Below, piece after piece: positions 14,357 through 27,279 of a stretch of 64,000 bases of DNA. The notes beneath the pieces were generated by a model. It ran no database searches. It saw nothing but the letters and a program-made list of their open reading frames with translations, and was not told the origin of the DNA. Both the position numbers and the translations under genes were made by a program. Numbering within the stretch: the first letter of the stretch is position 1; each line of letters begins with the position of its first letter. Source of the DNA: Botryllus schlosseri (taxonomy: Eukaryota). The DNA is taken from positions 31,062,001-31,126,000 of the forward strand of contig CM119373.1 in the NCBI GenBank assembly GCA_051294905.1, given 5' to 3'.

Positions 14357-14437
14357 AAGTCAACCTCATTCGGACTTGAACCCGCAAATCATTGGTGTTG
14401 CAGCCGGGGATTATACCACTGCACGCTATCTCGCCAC
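14357..14437 (-). mobile_element. tRNA-derived SINE-like head
   Basis: Reverse strand reads gtggcgagatagcgtgcagtggtat...gggttcaagtccgaatgagg, with A-box- and B-box-like motifs; a related copy lies at 35511-35587; no clean tRNA cloverleaf seen. Confidence 0.5.
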
Positions 14438-14740
14438 TACTTGCAGCAATTGCCAACCCAAAATGTCAGAGCTCTAGTGGCGGTTTCCTCGAGAATCATT
14501 GTAGACTGATAATAATTAAACACATGTCAAGTCCATCCTGTTTTACTCCGTATGCAGCAATAAGTCCATCACCAACGTTGAAATGATAAGAAGAAACATT
14601 TTCTCATGACATCAGGCAAGGAATGTAATATAAAAGCTGCGTGCAGCTGATATAATAAATAAAAACTGTACAGCAATGCACACCTGCAGACCAAGTCAAA
14701 ATGTTCTTAAACATAATCTTGCCTATTTATTGTTGTATCT

Positions 14741-15572
14741 CAGAGGTTCCCAACCGGGCTCCGCGGACCCCTGGAGGTCCGTGAAGCATTTTCCAGAAAT
14801 CGGCGAGACCTGTAAATTTGAAAAGTAATTGTAAAACGATTGATAACCTAATGCTTTTTAAAAATTAGGTGAGACAGTTTCGCCTAAATCTTGACCCTAC
14901 AAATTTGACGTTAATAAAATGGTCGTCTGAGATGTAATATCGTACTGTGCGAACTCATTTTTGTTGTGAAATTACCAATAGCTTGCCGATGCAAACAGAT
15001 TGTTGTCGAGAGCTGTTTTGTTTGGGTTTGTGAAAAGTTGTCAGTCTCAGCACAATAGTAAGCAGTCGTTTGAAAAAGAAATTCCTGTACTTTATTCCTA
15101 ATCTGTTCCAGTGGAAGGAATTGAACCACTAAATAACTCTAAGATGAGATGCTATACAGCAATTAGGCCTACTAGGCTGGGTGTGATATGTTTATTAAAA
15201 CCACACACCAAAAGCTGTCGCCGGATGCTTTACGCTTTATTATTACATCCGGCACCATTATATCTTTGTGAAAACAGATTTTCTGCACTCGTTCATATAT
15301 CTGATCGAAAACGCGGATTTCAAGACAATAAATTAGACCGCAGAATTTGTTTCGATATATTGAAAGTCTACCAATTTTTACGTACAGTGTGATGTTATTT
15401 TCAAAAGTAATTTCATGGTTGTATATTACTAGCCTATACAATAAAATTTGCACGAGACAGTTGATAGGTACACGATATTTGCGCTAATTTTGAACGGAAA
15501 CTTGAGGGGAACCGCGGGGGTCCGTGGTGGCCCAAAAGGGGTCCAAGGGGACAAAAAGGTTGAGAACCACTG
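14741..15572 (+). mobile_element. hAT (Charlie/Buster-like) deletion derivative with a transposase C-terminal relic
   Basis: TIRs cagaggttcccaacc / ggttgagaaccactg; near-perfect TSD ttgtatct / ttgtagct. Internal ORF reads LLLHPAPLYLCENRFSALVHI, resembling the hAT dimerisation-domain LLPFxSTYLCExGFS motif. Confidence 0.8.
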
Positions 15573-16292
15573 TTGTAGCTGGTCATTATTCCATTTTACT
15601 GCAGATATGGTACACTCTAGTACACCCAATCTGCTGGGTACATCCTTTCAAAATTCGCATACATAAGGTTACACCAGGTTGAAGACTATATTGGATAGAG
15701 AATAACTTCCTCCTGATTATCTCGATAATAACGAATAACTGATTAATTCATCGGTGTTTGGACCTTCCCTCTATCGCGTTCTTTTTCAGAAACTTCCTCG
15801 AACTATTTATTACTGAATTGCAAAGATAGAGAAATTGCTGTGATCGCATAATTTCACGATTTTATAGTATATGTCCGATATCATATAGATAGGCTAATCA
15901 CACTATCGCTACATGTTATCGTTTACTAATAATAAAATGAAAGTTTCGGCATCATCAATATAACGTTGTTTTGATACGAGTGAAATCGAGAAAAGATAAC
16001 CGATAGGTTTCGAAAAACAGCCTTTGACCCCTGTTCGCACGATAGAACAATAGTATCGACATGGTTCCAAAATCCTAAATGTGATGGCCAAGGGCGCCTA
16101 CTTCAGCTACTAAACCTATCACTGACTATATAAGTATTTTTGTGGCTATATCGGCCTTGGATGTTAATTATGTGAATGTGCAAAACTTAGAAATATCTGC
16201 TATGGATTATATTAAAGCACGATAGTCGCTATATCATCTAGGTATCAGAAGGCGAAAGTCTGGTATATTCCCAGCACAGCTTTATTATTACT

Positions 16293-16940
16293 TCAAAATT
16301 TTGGTTTTCCTTGTCTGCCATTTTCAGGATATTCATCGGGCATAGTGCCGATTTGATTCTGGCGTAGCGTCGGATCAAAAGTAGGTACAGCGATGCATGA
16401 TAATCCTTCCTTGACCGATCGGATCGTGTGAGAAATCGCGATCGGCACAAATATTACACAAAGCAACGCGATCGCGATATGTATACCATAGACGGTGTCG
16501 ATACAAGCTAAATCGTCTGCGTCTGGCAGAGCGGAAGATAGAACACCTTGTATGTTTATGACAACGGCGACAATTCCCGTCACAATATTTACGATGTGCA
16601 TCTGCTTCGTATCCCGTTTTTTCAGTGCGCAACCTAATATCCCAAGAATAAATGCCGCCACACCAGACCAGATCCCAGTGGCATTTTTCGCGAACTGTCT
16701 CAAGCGATCGATACGGCCATGATCACATGATGGCTCGTTATCATAATAGCCCGTATGTTTGACATCTTGTATATCATACGTGAGCGAAATCACAACAATT
16801 CCAAGCGATAAAGCGGAAGATCCAATGATCAATTCTGCAACTGCGTGGGGTATCAGCCATCTCTTTTTCGTCGGCTCGACTTGAGTTTTCTGCATAGTTT
16901 CGATCTGTTTTCGGTTGTTGGCGTCTTTTGTCAGATCCAT
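16293..16940 (-). CDS. Intronless four-TM CD20/MS4A-like protein (215 aa)
   Basis: Same four-TM layout as the 7332 gene, with the family-typical TM2 motif TGIWSGVAAFILGILG; aligns by eye with the 7332 and 43450 paralogues (LIPH-AELIIG; IHIAIALLC). Confidence 0.8.
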   Translation of the reverse strand: MDLTKDANNRKQIETMQKTQVEPTKKRWLIPHAVAELIIGSSALSLGIVVISLTYDIQDVKHTGYYDNEPSCDHGRIDRLRQFAKNATGIWSGVAAFILGILGCALKKRDTKQMHIVNIVTGIVAVVINIQGVLSSALPDADDLACIDTVYGIHIAIALLCVIFVPIAISHTIRSVKEGLSCIAVPTFDPTLRQNQIGTMPDEYPENGRQGKPKF

Positions 16941-17103
16941 CTCTTGTTATTTTTCGGAAAGTACCTGTGGTTTCTTTGAGCAATAATCTTGACGTAAGCA
17001 GCAGTACTATGAGGACCTTAGGAAATATATACATTATTTGAAGAGCTTCTTGGAGGTACAGAACTTCAATATACAATTAAATAGTATATTCATATTGAAA
17101 TGA

Positions 17104-17137
17104 ACCCGAATATTTTCGGCTGACACTCGTCAGGGGT
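17104..17137 (-). ncRNA. Minimal type-I hammerhead ribozyme in Penelope pLTR (left arm)
   Basis: Reverse complement of the 18316-18349 motif: ACCC-CUGACGA-gugucagcc-GAAA-auauU-C-GGGU. Confidence 0.65.
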
Positions 17138-17238
17138 AATCGTCAGCAACTAGTAGAGAATTGGAAAGAACATTGTATATCAACAATCGTATCACAAAAT
17201 ATGACGTCACCAGCATGAAATTTCGAATGAGAGAGCGT

Positions 17239-17964
17239 TCAATGTACTATTTTTAGGTGATACACGAACTCCTTTTGTTGACAGAGTTTTGGTTGGTGTA
17301 TTTTGATAAAAGTTGATTCCAAGGCACACAAATGAAAGTGTGAACGGCCTCGACCTACGATTCGAAATCGGTCGTCTCGATAATTATTCGCACAAATCGG
17401 ATTATCCAACAGATGTTTGCCGATGGCAGAATTAATGGCCTTTGATCGATCAGCATCAATCTTAAGTGGATGAGTTAAGGGTGAGCTTTTCACATCGCGT
17501 GACGCACGTGTTCTGATAAATCTGGGGACATGTTGGTTTATGCGGTCCTGCAGACGTCTTGACGTTCTTCCCACGTAGCCACAATCACAGTGGCACCTAT
17601 ATTCGTACACTACATTACTTTGTTGAAGTGCAGGAAGCACGTCTTTGCGTGCTGAAGGGAGCAGTTGTGTTGTTGTAAAAATCACATTGGTTTTGACTGT
17701 ATCGTAACATTTACCGACAGCAGAAATCAATTGTTTTTCAAAGCGGGTGGAAATGGGGCCAATCCAAGGTAGATGGATATAAACATCTTTTATTGTTCGT
17801 GCGGTGGGCTCTGTTCGTTTTTCTGCGTTTAATTGCGTTAATTTCCTCTCCATGCCGCGGCTGATGACGTGTTCAGGGTAACCGTTATCAAGTAAGATTT
17901 TTCGGATGTAGTCAAGTTCTAAACTCAGTTTGTTACCCGAACATATCATCAACGCTCTATGCAC
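17239..17964 (-). pseudogene. Penelope-like ORF C-terminus (RT thumb/linker plus GIY-YIG endonuclease), 5'-truncated
   Basis: LPWIGPIS...NVVYEYRCHCDCGYVGRTSRRLQDRINQH...SAIGKHLL...ALESTFIKIHQPKLC is the Penelope-type GIY-YIG signature; the RT core is missing. Confidence 0.9.
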
Positions 17965-18315
17965 GAGTGTGCCCTTAACTCACCCACTTAAGATTGATGC
18001 TGATCGATCAAAGGCCATTAATTCTGCCATCGGCAAACATCTGTTGGATAATCCGATTTGTGCGAATAATTATCGAGACGACCGATTTCGAATTGTAGGT
18101 CGAGGCCGTTCACACTTCCATTTGTGTGCCTTGGAATCAACTTTTATCAAAATACACCAACCAAAACTCTGTCAACAAAAGGAGTTCGTGTATCACCTAA
18201 AAATAGTACATTGAACGCTCTCTCATTCGAAATTTCATGCTGGTGACGTCATATTTTGTGATACGATTGTTGATATACAATGTTCTTTCCAATTCTCTAC
18301 TAGTTGCTGACGATT

Positions 18316-18349
18316 ACCCCTGACGAGTGTCAGCCGAAAATATTCGGGT
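18316..18349 (+). ncRNA. Minimal type-I hammerhead ribozyme in Penelope pLTR (right arm)
   Basis: Core CUGANGA (18320-18326) and GAAA (18336-18339); palindromic stem III aatatt; UC cleavage at 18344-18345; stem I ACCC/GGGU. Stem II pairing is weak. Confidence 0.65.
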
Positions 18350-18529
18350 TCATTTCAATATGAATATACTATACACATTATTACACATTTCCAATGGTAC
18401 ACCGTATTTTCACGGTAGTTTGAGAGATTTTTTTTCTGCGCGAGTGGATCACGTCGAAGTTGAGAAAGAAAGCAGTAGTGGAATCGAGATCAGTTATTCA
18501 TAAATATCTGCCGTGTATGGACCGGGTGG

Positions 18530-18642
18530 TAGGGTTACCCAAACTTCTCAAAACACAGGACATCTGGGTGTCCTCCGAGGAGAGTTTCAAAAAAGTAAAG
18601 GAGAGGACAAATCCTCTTAAAAGTGGACGTATGGTAACCCTA
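18530..18642. mobile_element. Short TAGGGTTACC-family MITE
   Basis: Termini tagggttacc / ggtaacccta; same family seen near 619, at 33251-33578 and at 47555-48186. Confidence 0.7.
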
Positions 18643-21409
18643 CTGGGTTTAAACCACAGACGATGCCAGTATTGACATATGGCATATTTGGGTGCCAAAT
18701 ATCGGAATTTTGGCACATACATATTCATGTCGGTTGGCACCGAAATTTTGCGTTTATCACGTTCTTACTTTCGACTTTCTTCAACTATAAAAATGAGCAC
18801 ATAAGATCTCCAACAAATGTTGTGTTTACGTGAGTATCTGACAAAGTGTTCCAGGTTGTTTGAAATAAAATCAGAGTAAGAACATTGGTGTCTTACGTGC
18901 AATGAACTTTTATCTTGCATTACATCGAATTAATAAGTCATTGGGCAGTTTATCTACTGACCATTGTAATAGACTGTTTTTAATGCGAAATACACCCTTT
19001 GGTCTTAGACGCGCATTCCTGTTCTTGGACTGATGATCTCTAGCCGAGTATAGATCGTGATTGTGATGCCACCAAGCTTGCTGATCCATGGAAGGAAAAC
19101 TTTGACTAGATCGTATTCGTGCCACTTTTGTTTGTAGCCTACTACAAACTTTGAAGTATTGTAAACCTTTACAGACTCAACTTACGCATCCTATGAGGAT
19201 CATAATTGAACCCACCAATACGTATGTTGTAAGATATTCCTTCCGCAGCCTAATTTCGGCCTCATTATACTGTAGAATCTCATTCCTCTTCACATAGGCG
19301 TATCCAGAAAAATATTTCGGGGTGAGCAATTATTTTCAAGTTGAAAGGAACTTTCCCAATGAGACCGCCTCCCCGACCAATCCGCCCTTCTACGGGAATT
19401 AGATCACTACCCTTTACACCAGGGGTGTAAAACTCAAGTTGCGTCGCGAACCGGATTCAGAGCTTCGAATCGCTCGCTGGCCGGAATGGTTACAATATTC
19501 CAAAATGTTACCTCACAGTCCAGTTCCGTGCCCGTGCTGTTCACCTGAATACTCAATTACATAGGGCTCTATTCTATCAACATCTTTATTCGCAAGCAAC
19601 GGGATTGGAAAAATTACGATGATTGGTCGATTATATACAAATATATAATTTGCTAAAACAGTGACTTTAATGACGCTATTCGCTGGCATATTGCTCTGAT
19701 GGCTTTGTTTTAGTCCCGTGTATGCATTGTGAGGAATTCACGATATTCAACTGTAAACGCAGTCGTTTGATCACTGGTACGTGCTTATATTGCATATACA
19801 TTATCGAATGGCGGGTTCGAAAATTTAGGGCACGTAGGTATAAAACCTGAACATTGTTCATGTCACGCAATTGAGACTATTCATTAGGTTCTCCCAGGTT
19901 ACAATAGAATCAGGGCTTTGGATCCGGATCCGGAGCCCCGGGGCTGTACATTTTCAACAGAGCCAGAGTCGGAGCCAGAGCTGCATATGGAGCTCCGTCT
20001 AAAATTTAGGTGGAACCGGAGCTGGAGCCAGTTGTTTGAAATGTAGCTCCGGCTCCGATGTAATCCGTACAATGTTATGGTACTAATATTGACAGAATAC
20101 AGGTAATTTTACCGTAATCGTTCACAAAATTATGCCTCGTTGGAACCATCTTTTCTAACCATGTTCATTGCTCATACATAGGCGCCAAACCTGGGTAGGA
20201 TATATATGCCGTGAGTTACTCCGTAATTACTGTATTTTGGGTATTCTTCATACCCGCAATTTAGTCTTTAGCACAACACCCGTGGCCGATTGGGCGGTTG
20301 GAAAAATAATGATCACTATGTATTTCACAGAACGGGACAAATGCTTATGTGAGCTGAGCAATATATCCAATAAGTAATCATACGAATATGTAAACGACGC
20401 CAGAGAATAAAAACGTGACCTCGCCTCACATGTCGATTTGGAGGCGTATTCGCCGTGAAACACAGTCTTCTTTCTGAATTGGACGAGCAAACGAACGTTT
20501 TTTGGTGATCGTTTTTGAATCGTAGCGCGAACTAAGAAAGTGACTATACTTCATCTCGAATTCAAAAGCGCACAAGTAGGCCAACGTGCGTAAACGAAGA
20601 GGAACTACCATACCAAACTAAGAAAAAGTAACTTGGTGAGATTCGTGCGATTCCAAATTTGCACTCTTTTACATGGCTGAGGTCAATATGTTCCTATGGG
20701 AGCAGCATTTCTACCGCGGACGTCAGATCAAAAGGATAGTACCTACTATTCGGCGCCAGTCATTTAGGCAACTGGACCTTTGAATATGGAAGGCTTCAGC
20801 CAGCATTCGTTGGTTATATCACCGTCGAACTTTAATGAAGTCGCATGTTGGCCAGAACTTTATGTCCTTACGTGTTCTGTCCAGTATGGCCAGTCCCCAA
20901 ACCTGAATACTGCAGAGCCCTACACAAACCCAACGGCACTGGGTGATTCTAGGCAATGCGTATGTATCGTTCACTTGCAATTTCGAATCCAGTTAAACTC
21001 AATTTGGGAAATTATGCATATTTCAAAAAAGGGAAGGGGCACTCTTTATAAATAAAAATTGAATGTAGTGCGAAGCGCGCAGAAAGTTTTATCTTTATTT
21101 CATATGCCCAAAAACACTCTACTTTCTATCGACTTGGGAAATCTCGCGAAAATATTGGGAGTAAGGCATTGCCCCTTACGCCACTTTGACTTCAATAATG
21201 CATCTTTATATATAAGGATAGTTGGGATAGTAAATATAATTTGACACTATTTCAGTCCGTTTGCCATTATTGTACGACTGTCCTCAGAGCCTTCCCGCAG
21301 TTGGCAATCCTAACCGATATAACTGCGTGTTAATTATAAATGTTATGCAAGTAATACTTATTCGAGTATGTGTGTTTGCTTCGACAACCCCACGGATACC
21401 GCAAGGTTG

Positions 21410-22050
21410 TTATTGAAAGATTTTTGATTTGTTTATGGAATAGATAAGAAGGGAATGAGCCCTACGCCTATCCATCCATAAAGACCCGTCACCAATTACT
21501 AAGACAGTGAAAGTTTGTATAGCAATGCAATCCTGTTTTCCACGTCCACCGTACAATCCAGTCAAGTAACATATTTTAGTACGATGAAGCATCTTTTCGA
21601 ATGTTGTCAGAAAATGAACCAGTGTTGTCAAAAAACGAACCGAAGGTGCTAGACACAACATTGAAGCTCCGCTTCAAGTGCAATTTCACTCTTGAGTGCG
21701 CTCTAAATGCGAACACATAAACACCGCGATGGAGTAGCATGTGGTGAAGTGATATTGCTGCGAATGAATATTGTTCGCAGGTCCATCCTTCAAGCTTCGA
21801 AGAACAAGTGTACAGGATAGTCGTTATAAACACCGGGCCATCCAAGCACTAGAACTTCTTGTACACAATACCACAACTGATCTGGATGAACAGTGCTTTA
21901 GTGCATCAGTTAACATCAAAACTAGGAAAAGGACTTCTTTATGAGACACTTGATGACCTGATGCAGAAGCCTTGGGGCCAGAAGTTATGCCTAACTCGTC
22001 TAATATTTCCAACAATATTCAGCAGCAACCGACTCATCGACAAACCGCTA
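21410..22050 (-). pseudogene. Highly degraded hAT-like transposase relic
   Basis: Fragments such as GPKASASGHQVSHKEVLFLVLMLTDALKH and LKRSFN resemble hAT central and C-terminal motifs; multiple frameshifts and stops. Confidence 0.35.
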
Positions 22051-23789
22051 GCATAGTTGTATAACATTCGAATACAAAAATATGAGGTTTCGACGTTTCT
22101 CTATGTCCGATAAATTTCGGCTGGCTGGTGCGAATGAATTTCTTTTAAATAGGTGCGGATTGGTCGCAAAAACTTTGAAAAGCACTGGTCCGTGGCAATA
22201 TTGTTACATTTACATTTCAAATAAAGAGAACGCGAGCACATTAATCAACATTTATCTTTGAATTCGTTTCCAACAACATCGACTTAAGTTTGTTATCGAG
22301 TCTTAATAAAACATTCGATGGTCTGTCATAGACCGTGAGCCTTCATTTTTCTGATTGAGATGCCCAATTTTTTATAAATCATAATTCTGTTGAAGATATT
22401 GCGGAGGTACGCCAAATCTGTTTACAGAACTGATCGTAATGTACATTTAGTCAATAATAACCATACTTTGCGACGTACATCTTACAGATTGACGTAAATG
22501 GCTGATGACAACAGTTGACGCGATTCCAAAAAAAAAGTAAACGTGATACAAGAAATATATTGCTCATCCGATTTGACAATTTCACTGATGAAGGCAATAA
22601 AACATATCTCAAAACTTCCGTCTACTTCCTTTTTACTCTGTTGGTCATCTTGCGATCACGAGCGGGCTGCATTTATTTAAATATGGGATGAACTCGTCAG
22701 CAATAAACAAATCCAGACTACTTAAATCCTTCAGTTTACACTCCAGTCCATGCGAATGCGCTCGCCATAATTTTCTACTTAGTTGAGGCTTATCTGGGGA
22801 ACCATACAAATACTGCCTCACTAATTTCAAAATTAATTTTCAACAGTGGCACGTCTGATCGATCAACGGAACTGCGGGAGTTCTTATATAGTCGTTATCA
22901 AACGCCGTTGTAGGTAGACTATTGGGAAAGTTAATGTTTACGAATGATCCCGAGAATTATGCCTTGCGCGCGATGAATGATAACAATTACGGATCACGGA
23001 AAGAATGCCATTCTTATTAGGTTCAACGCAAAACACGACGCGCTGTCGTCAATAAACTGCATGTTTTCATCAGTAGGAACCGTGATTATGTACGATTGAA
23101 ACCTATCACAAGGGTGTGAATGAAAATAATTTTCGATAACGCCACGAATAGCGTTGTCCTCTGGTCCAACACAAAACACAACGCTATGTAAGTAGCCCAC
23201 ACGCGTAGCAACTGTTATTGTGTACTAATCTTATCATTGCCGATGTGTTGCGCTGAGATGAATGAAAGCGATTAGAGACAACGATTGCGACGAATGAAAT
23301 CGATTTCAAATAACGCTGACCCTAAATATAACGAATAGGATATGACTTTTGTTGAATAGATCATTCTCATTCTGCGTATATATTGGATCATTGAATATAC
23401 GCCTGCTTTGTTAACGCCTTTGTCCTATACTCTTCATGAGCTTATCAACACTTCCAAGTTAAAACATGACCAAAGTTTCTCAGCGTTGGTTCGAACAGCA
23501 ACCGTAGTACTTTGATTGCAGCGCACCCCTATTAAGCATATAGGTCTGCGCATAGCGTGGTTTAGTCGGTCTTGTGACTAATATTCAACATATATTGCCA
23601 AATCTACATCCTGACTGGGACTCGGACTTGCCTTTGTGGTGCATTGAAAATGACTCGACTTGACTTGAGTAAAAACTGTAAATGTGAGATTGATTTTTGC
23701 TCGAAACCTTGTGACCTGGTTACAACTCTGCCCCGCCCTACTTACCATTATTACCAGAGAGGTTGAGCATTGTCAACTATGGGATTGTT

Positions 23790-24251
23790 GATTCACAGCC
23801 AAGCATTATTAAGGTAATGCGATGTATTGCATTACCTTAATTGGCATGGTCGCCATTCATCCCATGTTCTTCTATCGTTTTTATTATGAGTAAAAACTAT
23901 AAAAATCAGAAAAATCATGATTTGAATCATTGCCTCGATTAAACGCGATTTTAATCAAAGGCATAACGATTTTTGGCAGAACCCTATATTCTAGTGTGAG
24001 TAGCCGTGTCAGCATTGGGAGTGCTATTATTGACTAGTTGCAGTCACGCAATATCTGCAATTCATGCGACTATATCCGTGGCGTGTTTTGTCCCCATGGT
24101 AATCATCATAGTGCATGCAGCATTCATGTGCGGCTGCGCATGTTGCAAGAAACGACATGTCGTGATTTTAACGTCACCACCGCAAGCGTTCGATCGGTTG
24201 CTTCAAGCAAGCAGCCCGCCAAGATATAAATCGCAGAGCGAATGCAGCTGA
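23790..24251 (+). pseudogene. Disrupted CD20/MS4A-like gene (TM3-TM4 plus cytoplasmic tail clear; upstream part broken)
   Basis: AVSALGVLLLTSCSHAISAIHATISVACFVPMVIIIVHAAFMCGCACCKKR matches TM3/TM4 of the paralogues; tail has PPRY. In-frame TGA at 23997 and a MITE end (aacccta) just upstream. Confidence 0.55.
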
Positions 24252-27200
24252 CTTGAGAACCGAGAGTGATCGGAATGAATGATTGGGACACCGGGAGTTA
24301 CTTCATTACTTTTCAGATCTATCCTTCGTTCTTTTTACTTCCACTGGAGGTAGGTTTTACGTGTCCTGGAAATTACTAATTTTATACCTGTACTTGAATT
24401 TAAATTTACGAAGGCAATACGATTTATGGTTTGGTGCGAACAATAAATGATTTGACCGATTTCCGTGAATACGTGACAAACAGATTGTGATATCAAATAG
24501 TCTTCATTCAAGTTGTCTTAGCAACTATGACGAGCTCATATTCCAGTTACTGAAAACATGAAACATCATGACGCTCTATCTATTTTTCGCAATAATAAAT
24601 CGTAGGCTGGTTTCGTTAGCACTTACCATCACTGCAATCGTTAACGGTTCGGCAATGTCTTACATCGACGGGACGAAGATATAAGTATCTTACCGCGTTC
24701 GTTGGCTTTGGAGTAACGGAGGTCACTATTGCGGCTTTCTCTGTACTAGTCGGTCTAACTGCAGCGATTCTATCATCTACTGCCGAAAATTCTAATTATG
24801 CAACAGGAGTATATTGTCGTGTAGCAAAGTTCTTTTCGTTCGTGTGTCAAGGGCTGGTGTGGATTGCCCTTGGTGGCGACAGGTGTTCTTGGCATTAAAT
24901 TTACCAAACAACCATCGAGAGATGTGTATTAGTCATGAGAATCGGAGCGGAGTCGGAGTGGATCCGGAGCGGAGTTTTGCCGATTTTGTGACAGTCGGAG
25001 CGGAGTCGGAGTTTACTACAGATATTTTTTCTCCAATATCTTTGGATAGCTCTGACCCGAATACACTCTTGATTATGATTACAAACCAAAACGCAGATAG
25101 TTGACTCCTTGTGAAGTTGTAATATGACGGGTAGCATGTAACAATGATTGCCAAGTGCATAAAAATCAGCCATCTGCACTGCAATTGAGGACTGGAGAGT
25201 AGACAATACCATGAGGCCAACCCTATTATCACATTAATTTAGTAAAACACATTACCAAGTGTACCGTGCTTGCCACTGTTTCGGATACTTGACGAGATTC
25301 ATCGGAGTATCTCGGAGTCTGGGATTGAACTCTTCGGAGTCGGAGGAAATTTTTCTCAGACACTAAAATTGTCGGAGGAATTCGGAGTCTCGAAAAGCAC
25401 TATCCGCTCATCACTGGTGTGTATCAGTGATGAGCGGATGTTGATTTTTGAGAATCCGAATCCGTCCGACAGTTTTTGTGTCTGCGGAACTATCCGTCCG
25501 ACTCCGAAGAATCTCATCCAACTATCCGACTTTATCCGGGAATCTCGTACAAGAATCCGAAAAATCCTTACCGAATAATGATATCGCAGCATATCAATTG
25601 AACAGCTGAGCTTAGATACAGTTCTGCACTAAAAGATCACAAATTGTATCTATGGAATGAACAAAAACAAACAGAACAAAAATTGGAATTTTAATTATAG
25701 GAACGTTAACGCGAAGAAACAACGCTACCAATTTAAAGTAAGTGTGCAAATGAAAGTGGGGTCTCAAATCAAAAGAAAAGTAAAAATGACAGATTATTAG
25801 GCAATCAGGCATTTCACCAAATTACCCAATATCAAGAAGTAATAGTAGCAAGTTGTAACCATGGAATTTTACAATCTCAGATGGTCAATATTGGATGCAG
25901 ATAATCCACATTTTGTCCACAAATATGCTGGAATGTGTGAAGGCCCGTTCAGTAGAAACTTGATGATGCTTATAATACGTTTGGCAAATCAGTTCAAAGT
26001 TTTGAGCACGGCGCTTATAGTCGAGTCACACAAAACGTCAATAATAGCACCATCCTGAATGTCCCTCTTTAGCTGTCCAAATTTCCTCTCCAATGACTAA
26101 TAGCAGGTCAGTAGTTGTCTTGCTGACTTGTATATTGGAAGAGAAGAAACTTATCTTCAACTGTGTTGTATCCTTGGCCTTTCGGATATGATTTCTAAGG
26201 TGCATTGGGCCACTTGAAAAGTTGTGGTGTTTCACTTGAACATAGCAATTATCGCATACAGGCAGTGTCCCATAAATCAGGATGCAATCTCTCCATGCTT
26301 CACTCTTGCTGTGCTATCTCTCAAGACGTCGACTTTCCTCATTGATCCATTATTACGGAGAAACCAAACTCAGACAGCACGAGTAGTTTGACCACATTCG
26401 AGGTCTTCAAATAATGCAAAGTAAACTGTACCGTACGCGGTACACTTCGAACAGTCGATGGAGCTCCACTCAAGAGAAATGATGCATCCCTAACGCACTG
26501 ATCACCACTGCTTGGTGTTGACTTTCAAACTGTTAACATGGTATCTCGTTTAAATCATATAGGAAAGCACCATAATAAAGTTAAAGTTTTTGTCACAATT
26601 CGTAAACTGAAATCAAATTTATATGAACAGACCATTCGTTGAAAAAAAAAAGTAACAGCTTTTGGTTATATGGCTCAGTGGTTCTAGATGATTGATTCCG
26701 TCAATCATATTGGAGAAAATATAGCTGCTGAAGGAAGGGTACTGTAAGCAGGAGTTGAATAGGTTTGGGTTTCGTTGTAACTGTATATAGGAATTCTGGA
26801 TTTCATAGTCTTGTTATATGTTATAAGTATACGTTAGTAAGGTTTGCATGTATCTTGAATGATTTCAATGGGGACGATATGCTACTGTATAGTGGAGGCA
26901 TCGTTATAATAATTATCATCATTTTATCTGTCTACATATCTTTTTATATAATTTTCTGACTGCAGAAAGTTACTTGTATATGTTTGTATGCATATTCTTA
27001 GTTGATTGGTCGGGCTACAGGTGTGTGGGTACTGTAGCTGTTAACACGACGTGCCAAGCTCACGCAAAGTCCAAGTCGACACTGGGAATACCTTCTCACA
27101 ATCACAAAATGGAGTTAATACATTGTTGAACGTCATTGGGATATATTCCGTTATGATCATGAACTGCCGGAAGACACATGGTGGCTAAATATTGTACCAT

Positions 27201-27279
27201 AACACAAGCACCGCTGTATAGTGCTGATTGAAAGGGTATCATACAACTACTGTGGTAGTATGAATATCAGTCATCCAAC

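Larger units (their letters stand above)
17039..18374 (-). mobile_element. 5'-truncated Penelope-like retroelement with inverted pseudo-LTRs
   Basis: ~400-bp inverted arms at 17081-17481 and 17972-18372 enclose a GIY-YIG endonuclease fragment; 8-bp direct repeat acattatt at 17031-17038 and 18375-18382. Confidence 0.9.

Noticed and set aside
17930-18214. Separate 94-aa gene
   Set aside because: It is the inverted pLTR copy of the Penelope ORF 3' end.
25850-26560. Transposase relic
   Set aside because: Looks like decayed coding sequence but has no motif I can name with confidence.
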